This document shows positions 1 to 9,202 of a DNA stretch of 64,000 nt, piece after piece; positions within the stretch are counted from its first letter, which is position 1; each line of letters begins with the position of its first letter. A program made the position numbers and the translations under genes. The stretch is taken from positions 57,474,001-57,538,000 of the forward strand of contig CM060733.1 in NCBI GenBank assembly GCA_030704615.1. The letters run 5' to 3'. The notes beneath the pieces were generated by a model, which was not told the origin of the DNA, made no database searches, and saw nothing but the letters and a program-made list of their open reading frames with translations. The stretch comes from Takakia lepidozioides (lineage: Eukaryota > Plantae > Bryophyta).

Positions 1-1409
1 CTTCTCTATCCATCGTGTAAGGGGGAGTGAGCAGTTTCAGAATAGCTGGAAGGATAGGCGGTGTGTTTCCCAGCTTGCCTAAGCTGGTGTGTACCTTTTT
101 GGCCTTTTGCAATTTACATGCATTGTTACTTGCAATTCGTGTGTGTAGTCTTGTGTCACATGTCAGTCTTTGGTATTAGTATGGTTTGCTTCAGCATGAG
201 TGTCAGGAGAAAGCTTATATTCTTTTAAGCACCCAACGGCAGACACCATGTTTCTGCGATTCTATCAATCAAACCTTGGAAATGACACTCCTTGACCCTC
301 CACTGACTGAATTGCAGATTTGCACTGAGGAATTTTGAAATTTATAAGCGAAGCTGAATTTAAGCTGAATTTCTAGATCACACCTCCCTTTTGCGGCAGT
401 CGGCAGAGCCTTTGGCCGTTTGCGACTTGTTCCTTTGTGTAAAGAAGTTGGAATTTGTGGATTCCCCTATATGAGTGTGACATCGGTGATGGATGACACA
501 CAAGAGATGAAGTCTGCATCTTCCTGCAGTCTCTTTGCAACATCGTGAGGCAGTTTCAAGACTATTTTTATTGTACCATCCTTGTGTTGCGGTGTGAAAT
601 GGATCAGATAACACAGATCCTTCTCGGTAAAAATATGATTGTTGAGAAAAGCCGTGCTACATCTGAAGTTGAATTGTTCAAGACCTGGGAATCGAATCGA
701 CGTAGCTGTCTTCACATCAGTAGAAGGTCTGGAAGTACGAGCAAAGATTCATTTTATTTTATTTTTCTCCATCATGGTGAATAAAGACTCGATGTGTTGA
801 GGGGTCATATCTGCAATCGTCTTGTGCAGCAGGTTTGTACCATATGATATTTTATTTCCCAAAAGCTCTTTCACGGTGCTGACTGCCACCGCGTCAAGAA
901 TTGCATTTCCAAAATAATTGTGAGGGAGCTCTGGCCACCGTTGTTGGAAGTAATTAAACATATCTAGAAGACTAAGAGTCTTGAAGGCCAAAGGTTTAGA
1001 AGTCTAAGAGACTATCTTGTTTAACTCACCTTTGGAAGGTGAATGGCTAGAAGGTGGATGGTCACCATAGTGGAAGTGGAAGTGACCAAGTAGGATTTCC
1101 TAGAGACCTTCTTGTACAAGCTCGGGGGTGAAGCCACTAGTCTAAGTGTAAAAGTATGATGGTGGCTTCTATAGTTGGGAGGAGGTTAGCTATTTCATGA
1201 GCATGAGCGGCATGAGCAGAGTAGTAAGACAATCGGTTTTCATGAGCAGAAGTACAAATTTCGAAAATAAAAAACAATAAAAACATTAATTTAATGCAAT
1301 GTGTCAGGAAAAACAAATATATTATTCGGCCCCTTGAAGGGAAAATTGTAGTTTTGACAATTGTGCTCATGATATTTCATCTTCCGCTCATGCCAATTCC
1401 CAGCGACAT

Positions 1410-1850
1410 GTGCAAATATGGCGCCGAATTTCGCGGTAATAGGGTCCGTAACCTGAAAAAACGGCGACGTATTTCGCGGTAATAGGTCTCTTTGGCGAAA
1501 AATGGTGCCGAATTCCGCGGCTATAGGTCCCCTCATGACAGGTAATTCGGCGCCATTTTTCCAATGCATGTTCGGACTTAGCCAGTTTTCGGCGCAAAAT
1601 AGGGAAATTCGGCGCCATTTTTCCAGACACTGTACCAGTGCATGTTGGGACTTAGCCAGTTTTTGGCCCAAAAAAGAGAAATTCGGCGCCATTTTCCAGA
1701 CACGATACCAGTGCATGTTGGGACTTAGCCAGTTTTTGGCCCAAAAAAGAGAAATTTGGCGCCATTTTCCCAGACATAGGTACCAGTGCATGTTGGGACT
1801 TAGCCAGTTTTCGGCCCCAAAAAGAGAAATTCGGCGCCATTTTTCCAGAA
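1410..1850. repeat. Left subterminal tandem repeat (~74-bp unit, ~4 copies) with AAATTCGGCGCC core
   Basis: gaaattcggcgccattttccagac...tgcatgttgggacttagccagttttt recurs near 1605, 1679, 1752 and 1827. Confidence 0.9.
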
Positions 1851-2002
1851 ATGGCCCCACAACTGCTTCTGTTGGATCTCAGTTTGAATGGAATATTGCC
1901 TCATTCCAGGAGTTTTGGGGTGCATTTCATTACACTGCAAAAAAAAATCTGATACAGCAAAATGCAATTGAAACTATCCATATGGAGGATTCCTTTGCCC
2001 CA

Positions 2003-5000
2003 TCAATGATTTCTGGAATCCCTAAGGAGGAGTTTGTGCAGCTCGTTCACGCTCAACGCCGGTGCATGAATAAAGTCATCAATAGTCACGTTCATCCTTA
2101 ACCTCTTCAGGTAAATGTAATACAGATGCTTGCATGGATAATACTTCGAATCCTTCTTTGCTTCCATCAACGAGAAGTCCGTACAATTGCAAGTCGGCTC
2201 CACTCCAATCGTAATCGTGTATACATCGTCACGTACAGCCGAGCCGGCCGTTGCCATCCGATACACATGCCCAAGGCCGGGTGGGGGTACGTCCACGGAG
2301 CTCTGAATAGTGCAAGCCATCCCAAGAGCATTGGCAATCCGAGTCTCATTCAACTTGTTGGGAGGGTGTCGTCTCTTCACTCTTCCGAATCGCATTGTGG
2401 GATGTGCAGAATTGTCCAATCCGTCTCTACTGGACCGAGCAGTCTGCAATGGCTGGGTCTGAGGAACCGGAAATGCGTGGGCCGGGATGTCTGTGCGTTG
2501 CACCATTCGAAATCCTGCTGCAGATAGAGCATCCGCCTCATTCTGAGAGAGGCTGCAACCCGGTGCAACAGGCCAGACGCCCGGAGGCTCCGGCATTCCC
2601 TGAATCCCATACTTGGGCTTGCCAAATACACAGGTCATTATGTCGTGCCTACAGAACCAAAATGTCTGCGTTGTGGCGTGAGCAAATGTGGGAGTCAAAA
2701 ATCTGCCGCTGAAACAAGGTGCAGGTACAGCACCATGTGGGTTCTTCCGAATCATCTCACCACAGCGTGCTCTCATATCCACCCGGATGGCGCAGCACTT
2801 CCCTCGAAATGCCGACAATGTCCTCGCAATTCTCCACTGTGACTCCGACACTCTTGTCTCCACAATGGGAATGTTGTACTGCTTTACTACAGATGGCTCG
2901 TTATGTTGTCGGGGCACGCGCCCTGTGCTCAAAGGAGATGGCGATCTTGAACGTGGAGGACTTGCGGTGCTCGACGAGACCTCCTCGGGCAACATCACCA
3001 GACCACGAGGGAGCGTGCGAATATTCTTGTCAGCTCGCCATGAATCCTCTTCTCCGCCAGGTGCCTCGTCAAGTCTTCGTCTCACTGGACGGGTATGAAC
3101 ATCTCCTTCCAAATGTTGGCCTCTTCGCAGCAATGGCGTGTCCCGAAGGCCCTCTCGCAAGGCCGCCGCCCACTTCCGAGGATTCTTCAATCTAGAGGCA
3201 GTCCGCATCAGCATTTCCTGCCTGTCCGGCCCCAAACCCCACTGTTTCCCTTTCAAGAACTCGTTGTACCTGCATTGCCGCATAATTGACCTCACAATGT
3301 CCTCCGTTGTGGCAGTGAGGATGTCCACCAGATGCGCCGCAGAGGAGGCACGTTAGGAAGAGTGCACTGATTCGGCCATGTTTGTCGTGGGCATGTCGGT
3401 GTCGGAGTCGAGACACATTTCCTGCACAAGCACATGTTGAGGTTACAAGCAAGTTACAAATATGGCCAAGAATAATATTCAACGGGACGCGAATTCGTGC
3501 AACTCACCTCCCGCATATAGTCGCCGAACTGGAGGAAACGATAATGCCACCATGCTAGCCAACTGACCATTGCTCCCTCGTCTGATTTCCTTACAGCACC
3601 TGACGATGTCCACCAAGCCCGTATACATGCAAACTGTGTCTCTGCATCATCCAAGGTGGGAGCGCGCTTCCACGCAATGCACATGGAACGGTGCTCCTCT
3701 CTGAAATCTGGCGCCACGAGCCTGGTTGTGTACTGCGAAAGGCTCTGCAGAAAATGGAACCCACAAGATCTCTCATTGCCTTCCATGGGAACATTGGGGT
3801 CTTGCCCGTACACCCTTCGGATGGCAGCCCAATTTGCTTGTGCGTTGTCCGCCATGAAACCACGGAAATTGGGAGGGGGCAATCTCGCCTTGGCCATCTG
3901 TTCGTTTATTCCCTGCCAAAGAAGCATCTCTGATTGTGTGTCTTCTCCTTTCATCTCACAAATAGCAATTGTCATTAGCATCCTGCAGCGGGTGCCGTAG
4001 ACATGTGCACCCATTGTCACCCACTGGCGATTTGTAATTCGCTTGATATGGTTGAACATGACCCAACTGTTTGACAAGTCCCCACTCGTCATCTTGTCGA
4101 CCAGTTCGACGCCGCTGCCAGGTCCACACGTGGACATTTTGAATACGAAACAACGATCTGCCTCAGTCCCTTGTCTTGGAAACCTACTTCCATGAATGTA
4201 GTCATATCCACATCGTCGCTTCACCTCCAGAAAGGAGTGCATATCCGAGTCACGCCCAATTTTCTGTTTGCATGAGACAATGTGGTTTCGGACATTCGGT
4301 GAACATACGTGGGACACCGACTCCAGCAATGCCTCCATTTCCTTCTCATCGAGAGGAACTCTATCGGAGCCGTCTTCCGACATAATTCTGGCCAATGCCA
4401 TCTTATGGGCGGCTTGGAGCTGTATCTGTTTGGGTTTGGCACCCGGTCTCAACTTAACCTCCTCCTGAACGAGCTGCTCTGCCTCGTGGGCAGTCTCCCG
4501 CGAGTTCCCCCTCGCCAATTTGTGACAATGGGAACCAACGTGTATGCAAGCTCGGGTGAGGTCAGGGAAATGGTGCAACACATAGAACTGCTTGGCATTA
4601 CAAACAGACATGCAGTGTGGTGGTTCTTTGCAATGCGCACACTTAAATGTGGAGTTCGGAACCTTCTCCTGAGCTCGAAATGGTTGATGAGTTGTGCCTG
4701 TCCAATCGGTCTCGTTCCTGTGACCTCTGGATTTAAAGTGGAAGCAAGTTGGGGAGAAACACCGCAACACGCCCGCACAAACAACGTAGCGCACCCGCAC
4801 ACCATCGAGCATCTTCATGCTGGTGGTTTTGGTAACGCACCAAGGATGACCGTCATGTTTTCTATCCATATCTGTCAACATTCCGGACGCCCTCGAGTAG
4901 TCCGCCCGATAACTCAAAGAAGATATTACCGTCGACGTCGTCGGGAAGGCATGTAACCGATTTAATTGCGAACTTGCTGTAGTCCCGCCCGGCCAGCTCC

Positions 5001-5594
5001 GACCGGTGTCCCTCCAGGTGAAGCCCTCGTAGAATTTCAAGAATAGATCGAACTGCGGTGCTCGTGCTGGGAATATGACTCCCTCCTCCACTGACGTCCA
5101 TTGAGGACCCAGGACGACCTCGGAACTTCCATGACCTCGTCTAAGTCGGACAGGTTGTGAACAACCCGGTTCTCGCTCGTCTTCATGGATGGGTTCGGCT
5201 CTGGATTTACTTCGTTGCAGACTTCTCTCTTTGAGGTAGCCACTCTCTGATTCGCGGATTGTTTCGTGGAAGGCGCCAGGATAGAAGGTGCATTTGGCGG
5301 GCAAATGAAGTCCCCAACAGCCCTGTATATGACGCTGTCCGATGGTGGAACTCGCCATTCCCTGCCATCGCCGAAATCATCGTGGAGCACAACAATACTC
5401 TCGACAACAAGGCCGTTTGAGTCCTTCCTTTCCTCCTCCAAAAAAACCAACCCCGGTTTCAGGTGGTATCGAACGCACAGATATTTCTCCATCACCCGGC
5501 CAATGCCCCCTCTACACGGAAATGAAGCTCTATGCTCGTGAGGAGGGCAATACACTGTAGCGCTCGGGTTTTCCGCCATGGGAGATGTGCACAC
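2003..5594 (-). pseudogene. MULE transposase with GCM-like Zn DNA-binding domain, DDE core and C-terminal SWIM finger
   Basis: GCM-like region HDGHPWCVT..VVCAGVLRC..CAHC..VC..IHVGSHCH (~4900-4520). D1 site WVMFN (Asn at 4051-4053), D2 FMADNAQA, CxxH (SCGFHFLQ). Intron 3507-3422, then TTNMAESVH (catalytic E), then a TAA stop at 3355-3353. SWIM motif CNCTDF..PCKH near 2190-2130. Confidence 0.85.
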
Positions 5595-5809
5595 AAGACT
5601 GCCAGGATGGCGTGCGGGGAAGCTCCCTGGTAGAAGGGGGATGCAGCGATGGGAAGGAATGCGGTGCCGATTTGTCTGAGCGACGAAGCCTGATCCAAAT
5701 CCAGGGAGCCAACTATCTCAAAAATCCACAGTCAGAGTGTTAATGAACCTTGTCTCCGGAATGCGGCCCCTGGTCTTTGAGCAATAACTGCCAACAGTAT
5801 GCAGTCAGA

Positions 5810-6637
5810 AAGTGGGGGGCCGTCCGGATGATGTCGGCTGAAGGGGAGAAGTCGGCACCGTGCCGTCACATTACTACCCCCGAATAGAAATTCGGCACCC
5901 AATATCCAATAGGGGCCGCACGGATGAAGTCGTCTGGGGCAGAGATGCCGGCACCTGTCCGACAGAAAACATCCCCCGGATGGAATTTCAGTGCCGAATT
6001 TCCATTCGGATCCACCCAAAGGAAGTCTTGTCGGGGGGTCAGGCCGAAAACTGGCCGACATAAAAACCTCCGCGGATGGAAAAACGGCGCCGAATTTCCA
6101 TCCGAGGCCTTTCGGATGCAGTCGGCTCGGGGGAAAGGCCGCCATCTGGCCCTCACATTACAACCCCCGGACGGAAATTCGGCACCGAATATACAACAGG
6201 GGAAGCCCGGACGAAGTCGCCTCGGGCGCAGAGGCCGGCGCGTGTGCGACAGTGAATATCCCCTGGATGGAGATTCGGCGCCGAATTTCCATCCGGGCCC
6301 CCCCCAAAGGAAGTCCTGTTGGGGGATCAGGCCGAAAACTGGCCGACATAAAAACCTCCGCGGATGGAAAAACGGCGCCGAATTTCCATCCGAGGCCTTT
6401 CGGATGCAGTCGGCTCGGGGGAAAGGCCGCCATCTGGCCCTGACATTACAACCCCCGGACGGAAATTCGGCACCGAATATACAACAGGGGAAGCCCGGAT
6501 GAAGTCGCCTCGAGCGCAGAGGCCGGCGTGTGTGCGACAGTGAATATCCCCTGGATGGAGATTCGGCGCCGAATTTCCATCCGGGCCCCCCCAAAGGAAG
6601 TCCTGTCGGGGGGTCAGGCCGAAAACTGGTCGGCTCC
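5810..6637. repeat. Intergenic tandem array: 288-bp unit (three ~96-bp subunits), ~2.8 copies, with palindromic GAAATTCGGCGCCGAATTTC-type cores
   Basis: GGCCGAAAACTGG recurs at 6042, 6330 and 6617. Palindromic cores recur near 6080, 6175, 6270, 6370, 6462 and 6560. Confidence 0.92.
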
Positions 6638-8844
6638 ATGTACACTGACGATATTGTGAAGGAGTGGCGTCTGGAACATTTGCGTGATTGCCCTTGGTAT
6701 GTGGACCTTCCGCCCGGCTCGCTCGACCCATCCGAGTTTCAATTGAAGCTGGATGCTGAATTCCGACGAAGCCGGGCTCCGCTGCCTCTGTTGGGTGCAA
6801 AAGAGGCAAAAGCACTTGCGAACTCCAGGAAAGCGGCAGAGCTTGCTCAGGCAGGAATTCAGGAGAAATTGCATGAGAAGAGTAAAGGCCAAAGGAAAAG
6901 GACAAAGAAACAGGTGAGTGCAGGAGGGGACCCAAGAGAGTGACTCGGACGACGACTTTGTTCAAGGTCCTGCGACTGCTGTTGCTCCTACCCAGTCACC
7001 GGTCGTCCAGGTTCCCAAGTCAGTTCGGAGTGGGACTGGCTCTGCCAAGAAGTTGGCATTTGAGGGCGAGCCTACACGGCGGTGACGTTTACGCACAGGC
7101 CAAAGCTAGAACCTCCAACCATCATCCAATGCGTCAATGAGAGCTTCCTTGACGCTCTCGCTGCCAGGGCGAAGAAGGTGGCACACAGCAAGTCTCTGGC
7201 GGAGCAGAAGGGGAAAGCCAAGAAGAGGGCTGGCGGTACAGAGCCTAAAGACACCCCTGGTTTTGAAGCCATGATGGAATTCTTCACGGCTGTGAGCACG
7301 GATTGCAAGAGCACTCGGGGGGGGGTTGAGGTGGAGAGAGCTTGCGACATGATTCTCCTCGACATTCCAGATGGGGAGCTGCTGGAGGGCCTGGATGGTG
7401 TGCCCACCTGGAACAGGTTTACTGAGGACTACTGGAAAGCCGGGTTTGGGCTGGCGGGGATGCTTCTGGATGACGGTGGATGTGTGGTTGTCCTTGCCAC
7501 GAGAGGGAAGACCACAAAGAATGTGGTGGCAAGGTGGACACCAAAAAGTGTCACCCCGGTCCTCCTCAGAAAATGGTTCTGCATCAGTACACAGGGGTTG
7601 CGAACAGAGGGCCAAAGTGTAAGTTATCAATCTATTGCATTCACTTCATATTGTGGTGTATGTTAAGTAGACCCTGGAGTTGATCCCTTCTTTGTTGGAT
7701 GTGTAGACATTGGTGTTTGAGGCATATTGCTTTGTGAAGAGAGGGTCTACGTTCAAATTCCGCAACGACGGTCGTCTTGTTGATGCCGCTGTGGACCCTG
7801 TAACCTACGATGTCCTCTACAACTATGTGCCCCACTCCAGTATGCCAAAGGACACAAAGACAGGCAAACCGTGGCGGTACAGCCGGACCCGGAGACCTGC
7901 TTTCATCCAAACCCTCATGGAGACGTGCTCGGATGTCCAAGGGCGGATTCTGGACCTCACATGCGGCACGGGTAAGCCTTCACGTGCTCAGTTTGTCCCC
8001 TGGCCCGATTGCAATTGCATGCCGCAAGCTATTAACCGCCCGCTTTGTTCCTCAGGTGCTTCAATGTGGGCAGGGACGTTGTCCGACAGGCATGTGTTCG
8101 CCTTCAAGCCAGATACTGCCCTCCACAACTCAGAACTTGCAGCGGCTGAACGTCTGCCGAAAGAGGAAGAGGCATCCTCGGAGGATGAGGAAAAATCCGA
8201 GAAGGAGCAGGGGGAGGAAGTTGGGATCGAGGCCGAGGAGCCCCCGGTTTACGAGTGAGTGGTGGCATTGTAAGTTGCCTCCAGATTTTGTGAGGCACCT
8301 CCCTCCATTCTCTTATTTCATTGAAAACCCTTTCTGGTTGTGCTGGTATTGACATTCTTGAAGTGAATTTGTTCTTACTGTAGGATGCCAAGTACTGCCG
8401 GAGGGATGTCTACACCGGAGTTCATGGGCAGGAGGAACGTGCCTTTTTTTGCCAGGGGGGGATTTCATGCCTAGTCCAGAAAGGGAGTACATCCTTCCTA
8501 CTTATGCTGCCCGGCTTGCTTCGGTGTCCATTAGGAGGTGTTCCGAACCTAGTCGTGTACAGCAGATTTTAGACGAGGCAAGCCTCAAGAAAATGAAGAT
8601 GAGGGAGGAGGCAGCAGCTATTAGAGCCCGTCGGGCTCATAGATTTGTCTTGGATTCTGCTGAGAAAAGTGGGGGAGAAGACGCAGAAGATTCCCAGGAG
8701 GTGAGGTGGACAGTCCCCCGAGGAGAGGACGGGATTTTTGAGAGGCATAGTGGAACTGATGCATCACAGAGCTCGGAGGATGAGGGGGATGAGGGGGATG
8801 AGGAAGAAGGTGGGGCAAGTTCCTCGGAGGGTGTAGGAGAGTAG
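6638..8844 (+). CDS. Spliced gene for a beta-class (N6_N4_Mtase-type) DNA amino-methyltransferase-like protein with an acidic tail; probably degenerate
   Basis: Exons 7099-7618, 7707-7971 and 8056-8254 have canonical GT..AG introns that preserve frame between them. Motif IV-like DMILLDIPDG (~7346-7375), motif VI-like LLDDGGCVVVL, then motifs X-I-II-like RRPAFIQTLMETCSDVQGRILDLTCGT|GASMWAGTLSDRHVFAFKPD. Joins to the first (6638-6913) and last exons were not resolved in frame. Confidence 0.7.
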
Positions 8845-9141
8845 TGCCCATTCCGGCTATGACAGTTAGAACACACTTGTATAGACGTGGCTTGCCACAG
8901 AATTTGCAATAAAATGTTGCATTTCAAGTCCACTCGTGCCACATTCCAACTTCACATGACCCAATTTCCGTGCCTCCTAACCCTATTTCCGTGGACTCAC
9001 AATGGTCTGCTCATGCTTTTTTTTTTTTCCGCTCATGCTCATGCCGCTCATGAAATAGCAGCCCCCGTTGGGAGGAGAGCTTTAGTTTTAGTTTTAGTCT
9101 AAGACTTTAGTTCTTGTTCATGTTCTTGCTCAATTCTAACA

Positions 9142-9153
9142 TGGTATCAGAGC
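9142..9153 (+). promoter_or_regulatory. Primer-binding site (tRNA-iMet) of the Copia element
   Basis: TGGTATCAGAGC immediately after the LTR end. Confidence 0.9.
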
Positions 9154-9202
9154 CATTCTTCTCTAGGTGAGAGTTGATAGTTGAGATTGAGAGAACTTGA
9201 TT

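Larger units (their letters stand above)
1182..9066. mobile_element. Mutator-like (MULE) DNA transposon with two divergent genes
   Basis: Imperfect TIRs: GAGGTTAGCTATTTCATGAGCATGAGCGGCATGAGC at the left end; the right end reverse-complements to GGGGGCTGCTATTTCATGAGCGGCATGAGCATGAGC. Flanking direct repeat GTTGGGAG (1174-1181 and 9067-9074; could extend to 11 bp). MULE transposase motifs inside. Confidence 0.9.
942..9141 (+). repeat. Copia 5' LTR in two pieces (942-1181 and 9067-9141), interrupted by the MULE
   Basis: Both pieces match the 3' LTR and rejoin exactly at GTTGGGAG. Confidence 0.95.

Noticed and set aside
1291-2101. ORFs of 189-199 aa on both strands
   Set aside because: They are translations of the 74-bp subterminal repeat.
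5810-6637. CRISPR-like regularly spaced palindromes
   Set aside because: The spacers repeat with a 288-bp period, there are no cas genes, and the context is a eukaryotic transposon. It is a tandem repeat.
5732-6965. Several 137-259 aa ORFs
   Set aside because: They arise from the GC-rich 288-bp array and give repetitive peptides.
7099-8254. Bacterial contamination as the source of the MTase-like gene
   Set aside because: It has spliceosomal introns and lies inside a TSD-bounded element nested in a plant Copia LTR.
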